Source: Burkholderiales bacterium
GTDB lineage: Bacteria > Pseudomonadota > Gammaproteobacteria > Burkholderiales > Ga0077523
Length of the DNA: 64,000 nucleotides
Direction: 5' to 3'
NCBI GenBank assembly: GCA_019745565.1
Contig: JAIESW010000005.1
Location: 235 to 64,234, forward strand
The notes beneath the pieces are model-generated. The model did no database searches. It was not told the origin of the DNA and was given only the letters and a program-made list of their open reading frames with translations. The position numbers and the translations under genes were made by a program. Below are positions 34,241 to 42,264 of the stretch, piece after piece; the first letter of the stretch is position 1; every line of letters begins with the position of its first letter.

Positions 34241-34975
34241 CTAAGGTTCGAGCCAGAGGAATGCGCCCATGCGACCGGTCAAACGATCGCGGCGGTGGGA
34301 GAAGAACCGGGTCGGATCGGAGACGGTGCACAGGCCGCCGCCGTGGACCGCGGTCAAGCCGGCACGGGCGAGCCGTTGGCGGGCGAGGGTGAACAGATCG
34401 GCCAGCCATTTGCCGGTCTTGAGGGGGCGGAATGCATCGACAGCGGCCGGGTCGGCGGCAACGAAGGCCGCGCGGACCTCATCGCCCACTTCGAAGGTGT
34501 TCGGACCGATGGCCGGGCCAAGCCACGCGATCATCGCAGCCGGGTCCGCGCGCATCGCTTCGATGGTTCGTTCCACCACGCCGCCGGCGAGGCCGCGCCA
34601 GCCGGCGTGCGCGATGCCGATGACCGATCCGTCGCGGGTTGCGAGCAGCACCGGCATGCAGTCGGCCATCTGGATCACGCAGACCACACCGGGTGTGCGT
34701 GTGACCGATGCATCGGCTTCCACCAGCGCTGAGACCGATTCGCCCGCGACCACTGTGGCACCGTGCACCTGTTTGAGCCAGCGGGGCTCCTCCGGCAGGT
34801 GCGCACGCACTCGGGCACGATTCTCGGCAACGGCCTTCGGGTCGTCGTTGACCGCGATGCCGAGGTTGAGGCTCGCATAGGGGCCGATGCTGACGCCGCC
34901 GCTGCGCGTGGTCACCAGCGCGCGCACCCGGGGCGGGGCGGGCCAGTCGGGGGTGATCCAGTCGAACGGGGTCAC
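34241..34975 (-). CDS. pgeF: Peptidoglycan editing factor PgeF (YfiH, laccase-domain/polyphenol oxidase family)
   Basis: GTG 34975 overlaps the rluD stop as GTGA. VHGATVV...ADCMPVLL...AHAGWRG...GPAIGPNTFEVG...CT...FFSHRRD are the YfiH catalytic His/Cys/His context. Confidence 0.9.
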   Translation of the reverse strand: MTPFDWITPDWPAPPRVRALVTTRSGGVSIGPYASLNLGIAVNDDPKAVAENRARVRAHLPEEPRWLKQVHGATVVAGESVSALVEADASVTRTPGVVCVIQMADCMPVLLATRDGSVIGIAHAGWRGLAGGVVERTIEAMRADPAAMIAWLGPAIGPNTFEVGDEVRAAFVAADPAAVDAFRPLKTGKWLADLFTLARQRLARAGLTAVHGGGLCTVSDPTRFFSHRRDRLTGRMGAFLWLEP

Positions 34976-35943
34976 GGTGCTTCGAGGCGTTCGAGCAGCG
35001 CCTGGAAATCGGCCGGTGGTGGTGCCTCCCACCCCAGGGTTTCTTGCGTGGCCGGATGTACCAGCGCGAGTTTCCAGGCATGCAGCGCCTGTCGATGAAA
35101 TCCGTCGACGCGCGCGGCCAGCGATGCGGGTGGCCGTCGCGGTCCGTAGACCGGATCGCCCAGCAGCGGATGGCCGATGGCATCCATGTGCACGCGGATC
35201 TGATGCGTGCGCCCGGTTTCCAGTCGGCATTCGAGGAGCGTCCAGCCGTCGCCGCGGCGCAACGCCCGGTAGTGGGTCACGGCCGGTTTCCCCGTTGCGA
35301 CGGGCGCCATGCGCGTGCGTTGGGTGGGGTGGCGGCCGATCGCTGCCTCGACGACGTCCGATTCCGGCGCGGCGCCGAGCACGATCGCGAGGTAGCGCCG
35401 CGAGACGGTGCGGGCCTGCAGCTGACGCACCAGCGACGTCTGGGCTTCGAGCGTCTTCGCCACGACCAGCAACCCGCTCGTGTCCTTGTCGAGCCGGTGC
35501 ACGATGCCGGCGCGCGGCAGGTGGGCGACTTGCGGTGCGTGGGCGAGCAGGGCGTTCAGCAGCGTGCCGGCCCAGTTGCCGCTGCCCGGATGCACCACCA
35601 GCCCGGGCGGCTTGTTCACCACCAGCAGCGTTTCGTCTTCGTGGACCACCGTGAGCGGGATCGCCTCGGGGGCGAAGCTCGTCTCCGAGGCACTCGGTTC
35701 GGGGACGAGTTCGACGCTTTCTCCGCCCCAGACCTTGCGCCGCACCTCGGCGGCCGCGCCATCGACCGTGACGCGGCCGGCCTCGATCCACGCCTGCAAC
35801 CGCGTGCGCGAATAGTCGGGGAACAGTTTCGACAGCGCCTGGTCCAGACGGGATCCGGCGAGGTCAGCGGGAATCACGGCGGAAAGCCCGTCACGCGCGA
35901 GGGGTGGGCTATAATCCGCGCGCTTTTTTTCGGCGAACGACAT
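34972..35943 (-). CDS. rluD: 23S rRNA pseudouridine(1911/1915/1917) synthase RluD
   Basis: S4 domain (SRLDQALSKLFPDYSRTRLQAWI), HRLDKDTSGLLV catalytic Asp motif, and GRTHQIRVH. ATG 35943 overlaps the divergent bamD ATG. An alternative GTG start at 35877 would leave a 64-bp promoter region. Confidence 0.85.
   Translation of the reverse strand: MSFAEKKRADYSPPLARDGLSAVIPADLAGSRLDQALSKLFPDYSRTRLQAWIEAGRVTVDGAAAEVRRKVWGGESVELVPEPSASETSFAPEAIPLTVVHEDETLLVVNKPPGLVVHPGSGNWAGTLLNALLAHAPQVAHLPRAGIVHRLDKDTSGLLVVAKTLEAQTSLVRQLQARTVSRRYLAIVLGAAPESDVVEAAIGRHPTQRTRMAPVATGKPAVTHYRALRRGDGWTLLECRLETGRTHQIRVHMDAIGHPLLGDPVYGPRRPPASLAARVDGFHRQALHAWKLALVHPATQETLGWEAPPPADFQALLERLEAP
35910..35915 (+). promoter_or_regulatory. 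Perfect TATAAT -10 box upstream of bamD
   Basis: TATAAT ends 26 nt before the bamD ATG and is followed by a T-run. No good -35 element is seen. Confidence 0.35.
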
Positions 35944-36733
35944 GACGAGAAGTCTAGCGGCAATCCTTGTGGTCCTGCTCCTCACCGCCCTCGGGGCGTG
36001 CAAGAGCGGCCCTACGAAGGACGAGACTCGCGGCTGGTCGGTGGACAAGCTGTACACCGAAGCCAAGGGCGAGTTGAACTCCGGCAACTACAAGAAGGCC
36101 ATCAACTACTACGAGAAGCTCGAGTCGCGCTTCCCGTACGGTCGGTACGCCCAGCAGGCCCAGCTCGAGGTCGCCTACGCCTACTTCAAGGAGCGTGAGA
36201 AGGCCTCGGCCATCGCCGCGTGCGACCGCTTCATCAAGCTGTACCCGAATCATCCCAACGTCGACTACGCCTACTACCTGAAGGGGCTCGTCTCCTTCAA
36301 CGAGGATCTCGGGCTGATCGCCAAGTTCTCCAACCAGGACATGACCGAGCGCGACCCGGCGGCGATGCAGGAATCCTTCGCGGCCCTCCAGCAGCTCGTC
36401 GCCCGCTACCCGGAGAGCAAGTACGCACCGGACGCGACCAAGCGCATGCAGTACCTGGTGAACGCGCTCGCGTCCTACGAAGTGAAGGTGGCCGAGTACT
36501 ACCTGCGGCGCCGGGCATACGTGGCTGCGGTCAACCGCGCCCAGGCCGCCATCACGAACTATCCGCAGACCCCGGCGTTGGAGCGGGCCTTCGTGGTGCT
36601 GGTCAAGTCCTACCAGGCGATGGGGCTCACCGACCTGCAGAAGGATTCCGAGCGCGTGCTGCAGCTGAACTTCCCCGAGAGCAAGCTGCTGGCGGAAAGC
36701 CGCGCCAGCAAGTCCTGGTGGAACATCTTCTAG
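35942..36733 (+). CDS. bamD: Outer membrane protein assembly factor BamD (YfiO lipoprotein)
   Basis: 263 aa. Lipobox LLTALGAC and TPR-like repeats (NYKKAINYYEKLESRFPYGRYAQQAQLEVAYAYF). Conserved divergent synteny with rluD. Confidence 0.9.
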   Translation: MTRSLAAILVVLLLTALGACKSGPTKDETRGWSVDKLYTEAKGELNSGNYKKAINYYEKLESRFPYGRYAQQAQLEVAYAYFKEREKASAIAACDRFIKLYPNHPNVDYAYYLKGLVSFNEDLGLIAKFSNQDMTERDPAAMQESFAALQQLVARYPESKYAPDATKRMQYLVNALASYEVKVAEYYLRRRAYVAAVNRAQAAITNYPQTPALERAFVVLVKSYQAMGLTDLQKDSERVLQLNFPESKLLAESRASKSWWNIF

Positions 36734-36738
36734 GCTGG

Positions 36739-36832
36739 CCCCCATCCCAACCTTCTCCCGACGCTGTCGGGGGAAGGGGTGTACATCCCCTCCCCCAGCC
36801 TTGCTGGGGGAGGGTTAGGGTGGGGGCAGCGG
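36739..36832. repeat. Family-A nested-hairpin repeat, full form
   Basis: Outer arms cccccatcccaacc / ggttagggtggggg enclose two inner hairpins: ccttctcccgac-gct-gtcgggggaagg, and ccctcccccagc-ctt-gctgggggaggg. Ends with cagcgg. Lies between convergent bamD and lysR. Confidence 0.85.
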
Positions 36833-36882
36833 TCCGCGCATTTCCCCACGCCAACGACAATGCGGGGGGTGCTGACGACCGC

Positions 36883-37776
36883 TCAGCCCAGCCGCTCCCT
36901 GAGGTAGCCGAGCAGCGCCTGGTTGCGCGAGATGCGCATGCGGTCCGGCGTGGCGACCGCAGTGATCTGGTTGCCGAACTTGGTGACCGGCGTCCAGCCT
37001 TCCAGCACGCGCACCAGACGACCTTCGGAAAGATCGGGTTCGCAGACATATTCGGGCAGCAGCGCGATGCCCAGGCCACGCAGGGCCGCATCGGCCACGG
37101 CCTCGGGATTGTTCGCGCGGAAGCGGCTGCGCACCCGCACGCTCTGGGAGCGATCGCCCGACGCGAAGGTCCACACTTCGTCGGACACGTCGCGCCAGTA
37201 GCACATGCAGGGACGCCCTTCGAGGTCGCGCGGATCCTGCGGTGACCCGGCGGTTTCCAGATAGGCGGGGGAGGCGATGACGATGAGGTCGATCCGTGCC
37301 ACCGGGACCAGGACCAGATCGTGGGCCAGCGATGACGTGAACCGCATCGCGAGATCGACCCGCTCGTACGCGATGTCCATGATCCGGTCCTCGAGCAGCA
37401 GCTCGATCTCGATGCCGGGATGGGCCGCCAGGAAATCCGGCAGCAGCTTCGCCAGTACGCGCTGGCCCCAGGAAATGGGCGCCGTCACGCGGATGCGGCC
37501 GCTCAGGTTCGCCCGCAGCGACAGCAGCTGCTCGTCGGCCGACCGGACGGCACCCAACGCATTGCGCGCGAAGTCCAGGTAGATCTCGCCCGCCGGGGTC
37601 AGCGCCACCCGGCGCGTGCTGCGGCTGAACAGGGTGGCCTTGACCGCGCGTTCCAGCTGGGCGACCCGCTTGCTGACCACGCCCTTGCCCACGCCCAGTT
37701 CGTTCGCCGCCGCACTGACGCTCAGGTGGTCGGCGACCCGGACGAAGGCTTCCAGCATGTCGGTCGAGATGGGCAT
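36883..37776 (-). CDS. LysR-family transcriptional regulator
   Basis: 297 aa. N-terminal wHTH (LEAFVRVADHLSVSAAANELGVGKGVVSKRVAQLE) and a LysR substrate-binding domain. Divergent from the GST gene. Confidence 0.9.
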   Translation of the reverse strand: MPISTDMLEAFVRVADHLSVSAAANELGVGKGVVSKRVAQLERAVKATLFSRSTRRVALTPAGEIYLDFARNALGAVRSADEQLLSLRANLSGRIRVTAPISWGQRVLAKLLPDFLAAHPGIEIELLLEDRIMDIAYERVDLAMRFTSSLAHDLVLVPVARIDLIVIASPAYLETAGSPQDPRDLEGRPCMCYWRDVSDEVWTFASGDRSQSVRVRSRFRANNPEAVADAALRGLGIALLPEYVCEPDLSEGRLVRVLEGWTPVTKFGNQITAVATPDRMRISRNQALLGYLRERLG

Positions 37777-37914
37777 TGTCTACGGACTGGAAACAATCCG
37801 TTCCCATTCCATCAGATGCTCCCGCAGGGGTCAAACCGTAGACTTTTTGGGCGCAGACGCCGGGGGATTCACGAGGGGCGGGCGCCACGACAAACCATAC
37901 CGGGAGGAGACATC

Positions 37915-38559
37915 ATGAAATTGTATGCGGACCCGATCACCGTGAACTGTCGCAAGGTCATCGCCGGGCTCCAGCTCATGGGCGTGCCGTACGAGTTGGC
38001 CCATACCGATTACTTCAAGGCCGAACAGAAGTCCCCGGCCTACTGCTCGATCAATCCGAACGCATGTCTGCCTGCCCTGGCGGACGGCGACTTCGTGCTC
38101 TGGGAGTCCAATGCCATCCTCCAGTACGCCGCCGACAAGTTCGGTAAGACGTCGTACTACCCGACCGACCTCAAGACCCGGGCCGATATCAATCGCTGGC
38201 TCCTGTGGGAATCGTCGAGCTGGTTCCCGAGCTGCTACGTCTACCTGGTGGAGCACTGCGTGAAGCCGCTGCTCAACGCCCAACCCGACGCTGCGGTGAT
38301 CGCTGCCCAGGACGCGCAGTTCCACAAGCTGGCCGGCATCCTCGACGAGCGCCTGGCGAAGAGCCCCTGGCTCGCAGGCCAGAATCCCACCATCGCCGAC
38401 ATCGCGGTGGCGGCGCCGATGCATCTGCATGGCCTGCAGAAGCTGCCGCTCGATCCGCACCCGAACCTGGTCCGCTGGATGACCGAGCGGGTCGAGAAGC
38501 TCCCCGCCTGGGACAACACGTACGTGGGGCCCGGGTTCACGCTCCAGCGTGCTGCCTGA
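37915..38559 (+). CDS. Glutathione S-transferase family protein
   Basis: Start at ATG 37915, preceded by GGGAGGAGA. MKLYADPITVNCRKV...LPALADGDFVLWESNAILQY is the GST N-domain with the cis-Pro/ES motif, followed by the C-domain. Confidence 0.85.
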   Translation: MKLYADPITVNCRKVIAGLQLMGVPYELAHTDYFKAEQKSPAYCSINPNACLPALADGDFVLWESNAILQYAADKFGKTSYYPTDLKTRADINRWLLWESSSWFPSCYVYLVEHCVKPLLNAQPDAAVIAAQDAQFHKLAGILDERLAKSPWLAGQNPTIADIAVAAPMHLHGLQKLPLDPHPNLVRWMTERVEKLPAWDNTYVGPGFTLQRAA

Positions 38560-38798
38560 GATGTCACCCGCCACGAACGGGCAGCGCCCAGCACAGCTGG
38601 GGCGCACAGCCCCTCGATGCTTGTTGGGAGAGGTGGGTGAGATGTCACCCGCCACGAATGGGCGGCGCCCAGCGCAGCTGGGGCGCACAGCCCCCCGATG
38701 CTTGTTGGGAGGTGGGTGAGATGTCACCCGCCACGAATGGGCGGCGCCCAGCGCAGCTGGGGCGCACAGCCTGGCGATGCAGCCAGGCTAGTGGGTGA
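38560..38798 (+). repeat. Three tandem copies (81, 79, 79 bp) of an intergenic unit
   Basis: Unit: gatgtcacccgccacgaatgggcggcgcccagcgcagctggggcgcacagccccccgatgcttgttgggaggtgggtga. Copy 1 starts at the base after the GST stop, and copy 3 (3' third diverged) ends 7 nt before the SDR ATG. Unit junctions form the palindrome gggtga-gatg-tcaccc. Confidence 0.9.
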
Positions 38799-38805
38799 AG
38801 GCGCC

Positions 38806-39582
38806 ATGGCAGACGGACTCTTCTCCCTGGACGGGCGGGTCGCGCTGGTGACCGGGGGCAACGCCGGCATCGGCCACGCGCTCGCCCTCGCGCTGCGCGC
38901 TGCGGGTGCCAAGGTGGCCATCGGTGCGCGGCGGCCTGACCGCAACGCGAAAGTGCTGGCCGAACTCGGGTCGGACGGTGCCGCGTTCGAACTCGACGTG
39001 ACCGACGAGGCGGCGGTCGAGCGGACCGTGCAGGGCGTCGTGTCACGCTTCGGCCGCCTCGACATCCTGGTCAACAACGCCGGCACGGTGAACCGCAAGT
39101 CGGTGATGGAACTCGACCGGGCGGCGTGGGACCACGTGATGAACACCAACCTCACCGGACCGTTTCTCTGCACCAAGCATGCGGCGCGCGCCATGAAGTC
39201 TCAGGGCAGCGGCAAGATCATCAACATCGCCTCGGTCTACGGGCTGGTAGCGCCGAGCAAAGGGCTGCAGGTACCGTACTCCGTTTCGAAGAGCGGCGTG
39301 ATAGCGCTCACGCGGGTCAATGCAGTGGAACTCGCGGCGTACGGCATCCAGGTGAACGCCATCGCGCCCGGCTACTACTTCACCGAGATGACGGCGGAGC
39401 TCTCCGGCACCCAGCTCGAGCAGACACTGAAGCGCCGCACGCCGAGCGGCCGTCTGGGCGAAACGGACGATCTCACCGGCACGTGCCTGTACCTTGCCTC
39501 GAGCGCTTCGAATCACGTCACGGGTGTGTGCATACCCGTCGATGGCGGCTACCTCGCGTCCGACGGCCTCGATCGCGGCTGA
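38806..39582 (+). CDS. SDR-family oxidoreductase (gluconate 5-dehydrogenase-like)
   Basis: Start at ATG 38806 (MADGLFSLDGRVALVTGGNAGIG). NNAG and YSVSK. The 36 upstream codons of the track ORF are translated tandem repeat. Confidence 0.9.
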   Translation: MADGLFSLDGRVALVTGGNAGIGHALALALRAAGAKVAIGARRPDRNAKVLAELGSDGAAFELDVTDEAAVERTVQGVVSRFGRLDILVNNAGTVNRKSVMELDRAAWDHVMNTNLTGPFLCTKHAARAMKSQGSGKIINIASVYGLVAPSKGLQVPYSVSKSGVIALTRVNAVELAAYGIQVNAIAPGYYFTEMTAELSGTQLEQTLKRRTPSGRLGETDDLTGTCLYLASSASNHVTGVCIPVDGGYLASDGLDRG

Positions 39583-39604
39583 TTTCCGCCAAGGAGCTTT
39601 CCCC

Positions 39605-40429
39605 ATGAAACGCGAACCCTTCGTCCGCTCCACCTTCAACTACACGCTCGACAACGGCAAGGTGCCCGAGATCTATTTCTACGAGCCCGAAGAGCCGGTC
39701 GATCCGCACCAGCCGGGCGACGATCCGCGCGAGATGTCCGTGTTCGACGGCTGGTCGCGGGTCGATCGGTTCTCGCTCGATCGGGAGGGCTTCGAACTGC
39801 AGCCGTTCTCCCACACCTTCGGCCGCTGGGACGACAACTCGGCCATCGAGTCGCAGCTCTATCCGATGGTGACCGAGTTCATCCGCAAGCACGTGGGTGC
39901 CAAGCGCGTGCACATCTTCGACCATACCATCCGTTCCAAGGTGAACGAGCGCAAGCAGACCGCCGAGGACTCGACCACGCAACGGGCGCCGGTGCTGCTG
40001 GTGCACTGCGATTTCACGCCGCACTCGGGGCCGCTGCGGGTGCAACAGATCCTGCCGGACGAAGCCGACAAGCTGCTGCAGCGGCGCGTCGCCTTCTACA
40101 ACTTCTGGCTGCCGTTCAACAATCGCGTCGAAGAGATGCCGCTCGCGATGTGCGACGCGGCTACTTCGGTCGACGACGATCTCATCAAGATGATCCTGCG
40201 CTACCGCGATCGCACTGGCGAGATCTTCGTGATGCGCCACTCCGTTGCGCATCGCTGGTGGTACTTCCCGCTGATGGAGCCGAGCCAGGCGCTGCTGCTG
40301 AAGACCTATGATTCGGAAACCGACGGCCGCGCGCGCTTCATGGGGCACAGCGCCTTTACCGATCCCACCACGGCGCCGGATGCGCGCACGCGTTCGAGCA
40401 TCGAGATCCGGACGATGGCGTTTTTTTAA
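39605..40429 (+). CDS. CmcJ/NvfI-family oxidoreductase-like protein (AsaB-type hydroxylase/desaturase fold)
   Basis: Start at ATG 39605, preceded by AAGGAG. Pattern ...VHIFDHTIRS...APVLLVHCDFTPHSGP...FYNFWLP... resembles the CmcJ family. Assigned from memory of family motifs only. Confidence 0.6.
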   Translation: MKREPFVRSTFNYTLDNGKVPEIYFYEPEEPVDPHQPGDDPREMSVFDGWSRVDRFSLDREGFELQPFSHTFGRWDDNSAIESQLYPMVTEFIRKHVGAKRVHIFDHTIRSKVNERKQTAEDSTTQRAPVLLVHCDFTPHSGPLRVQQILPDEADKLLQRRVAFYNFWLPFNNRVEEMPLAMCDAATSVDDDLIKMILRYRDRTGEIFVMRHSVAHRWWYFPLMEPSQALLLKTYDSETDGRARFMGHSAFTDPTTAPDARTRSSIEIRTMAFF

Positions 40430-40442
40430 CGGCTGAGGAAGG

Positions 40443-40504
40443 GCAGGGACTAGGGGCTGGGGAAAAGCAGGGACTAGGGGCTAGGGAAAAGCAGGGGCTA
40501 GGGA
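40443..40504 (+). repeat. 2.6 tandem copies of a G-tract-rich 24-mer (gcagggactaggggctrgggaaaa)
   Basis: Directly read. Contains 8 runs of GGG/GGGG on the plus strand and is partly complementary to the heptamer array at 40529-40600. Confidence 0.9.
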
Positions 40505-40528
40505 CCTTCAAAACCCGCGACGCTCCAA

Positions 40529-40600
40529 CCCTAGCCCCTAGCCCCTAGCCCCTAGCCCCTAGCCCCTAGCCCCTAGCCCCTAGCCCCCAGCCCCTAGCCC
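40529..40600 (-). repeat. Heptanucleotide microsatellite, 10 units of CCCTAGC (GGGGCTA on the minus strand)
   Basis: 9 perfect units and one ccccagc variant. The TAG stop of the GGDEF gene (40594-40596) lies inside the last unit, and the rest forms its 3' flank. Confidence 0.95.
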
Positions 40601-42264
40601 GCGGCTCCTTCCAACGTCCCACTCCACATCACCACCTGGTTCCGGCCGCGGTGCTTCGCTTCGTACAGCGCCCGGTCGGCGGCCAGCGCCAGTTCGCGCG
40701 ATGACTTGAGGCCCGTCATCGAGGCCACGCCGGCACTGAAGGTGACGCGGATCTTGCCGCGCTCGGTGTCGTGTTCCACATGGGAGAAGTCGGCGCAGAG
40801 CTTCTCCATCACCGCGAGCGCCGACGGCCCGTCGGTGTCGGTCAGGATCACGGCGAATTCCTCGCCGCCGTAGCGGCCCACGATATCGCTCTTGCGCAAC
40901 TGCTGGCGCAGGAAGCGCGACAGTGTCTTCAGCACACGGTCGCCCACGGAGTGGCCGTATTCGTCGTTGACGCCCTTGAAGTTGTCGAGGTCGATCATCG
41001 CGAAGGCGAGCGGGTGGAACTGGCGCGCGGCCCGCAGCGCTTCGATCTCGAGGTACTGCTGCAGGCGCGAGTGGTTGAGCAGGCCGGTCAGGCTGTCCTG
41101 CTGCATGAGGCTGGAGAGCGTCCGGTAACGCTCGACCCGCGCCATGACCGTAGAGATGAGCTGCCACGATTCCACCGGTACCGGCAGCAGGGCATCGCCG
41201 CCCAGGTTCATCAGGCTGATCTGCCGCTGCAGGTCCCAGCGTTCCGAAAGGAAGACGACCGGCAGGCTCACGTAAGACGGGATCTGGTGCACCACCTGGC
41301 CGAGTTCGTCGCCGCTGCAGCCGGGCAGGGCCAGCGACATCAACAGCAGCTCCGGATTGAAGTCGTTGATGCCGAAGATGAGGTCGTCCGGGTTGTCGAT
41401 GGTTACCACGTCCATCCCGGCCTCGCGCAGCACGGCGCGGCAGAACTCGGCCCGGCCCCGGTCGGAATCCACGATCATGATGCGGTAGGGCTCGGGCGTC
41501 TCCCACGCGACCAGGCGGTCGAGCTTGTCCACCAGTTCGCCCACCCGGACCGGTTTGGTGAAGTAGGCCACTGCGCCGGTCCGTACGGCCTCCAGCCGGG
41601 CGTGCACGTCGCTGCGGGCGGACATGAAGATGATCGGCGGCTGATCGGCGGCGCCGCCCCGCAAGGTGATGATCGACTGCGCGGCGGTGAAGCCGGCGGC
41701 CGCCAGTTCGACGTCCACCAGGACGGCGTACGGCCGGTCCCGGGCGATGGCTTCGACCATGGCTTCGCCGCCGGAGATGGTCTGCACGTGATAGCCGAAG
41801 CGGCTGAGTTGGGTGGTCAGGCTGGCGGCCGATTCGTGGTCGTCCTCCAGCAGGTAGATGAGGCGCGGCTCGTCGGCCCGGACGTAGCGCGGGTGGCTCG
41901 AGGTGGCGTGGTCGAACCGGGTGGCGATGACCTCCGGTTCGGCCGACCGGTGCAGGTCGGCCAGGAGTGCTTCGATGTCGTCGATCTCCTCCTGGGTCGG
42001 TTTGCCGTCGCGCTTGACGATGGGGGCCAGGGCGCGTTCCACCAGCCGGGCCGGCTCCGACAGGACCGGAACCCCCAGCATGCTGGCGGAGACGTCGAGC
42101 CCGTGCACCAGCCGCTGCATGGCCGCCAGGGCTTCCTTGCCATGGGGACCCTCGCGCACGCTGTTCCAGACGCCCTCGATCTCGGCGAGCTTCTGCGGCA
42201 GCTCGCGCGCGTAGCGCACGGACAGGTCGCGCAGGGCTTTCTGAAAGACTTCCAGGGCGTTCAT
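40594..42264 (-). CDS. HPt-like / receiver / degenerate receiver / GGDEF diguanylate cyclase
   Basis: Start at ATG 42264 (MNALEVFQKAL...). N-terminal four-helix HPt-like part (MQRLVHGLDVSASMLG). REC1 (IYLLEDD...AVLVDVEL...FTKP). REC2 with the phospho-Asp position replaced (LLLMSLALPG). GGDEF domain (DLDNFKGVNDEYGH...RYGGEEFAV). Confidence 0.85.
   Translation of the reverse strand: MNALEVFQKALRDLSVRYARELPQKLAEIEGVWNSVREGPHGKEALAAMQRLVHGLDVSASMLGVPVLSEPARLVERALAPIVKRDGKPTQEEIDDIEALLADLHRSAEPEVIATRFDHATSSHPRYVRADEPRLIYLLEDDHESAASLTTQLSRFGYHVQTISGGEAMVEAIARDRPYAVLVDVELAAAGFTAAQSIITLRGGAADQPPIIFMSARSDVHARLEAVRTGAVAYFTKPVRVGELVDKLDRLVAWETPEPYRIMIVDSDRGRAEFCRAVLREAGMDVVTIDNPDDLIFGINDFNPELLLMSLALPGCSGDELGQVVHQIPSYVSLPVVFLSERWDLQRQISLMNLGGDALLPVPVESWQLISTVMARVERYRTLSSLMQQDSLTGLLNHSRLQQYLEIEALRAARQFHPLAFAMIDLDNFKGVNDEYGHSVGDRVLKTLSRFLRQQLRKSDIVGRYGGEEFAVILTDTDGPSALAVMEKLCADFSHVEHDTERGKIRVTFSAGVASMTGLKSSRELALAADRALYEAKHRGRNQVVMWSGTLEGAAG

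Noticed and set aside
38560-38798. Tandem 80-bp repeats as a CRISPR array
   Set aside because: The units are directly contiguous with no unique spacers, there are only three copies, the unit length is far above CRISPR repeat size, and no cas genes are present.
40529-40600. Heptamer array as a telomere-like end or as coding for a repeat protein (track ORF 40580-42502)
   Set aside because: The sequence continues normally on both sides, so it is internal and not a replicon end. A 7-nt period cannot keep a reading frame, and the array supplies TAG in all three frames.
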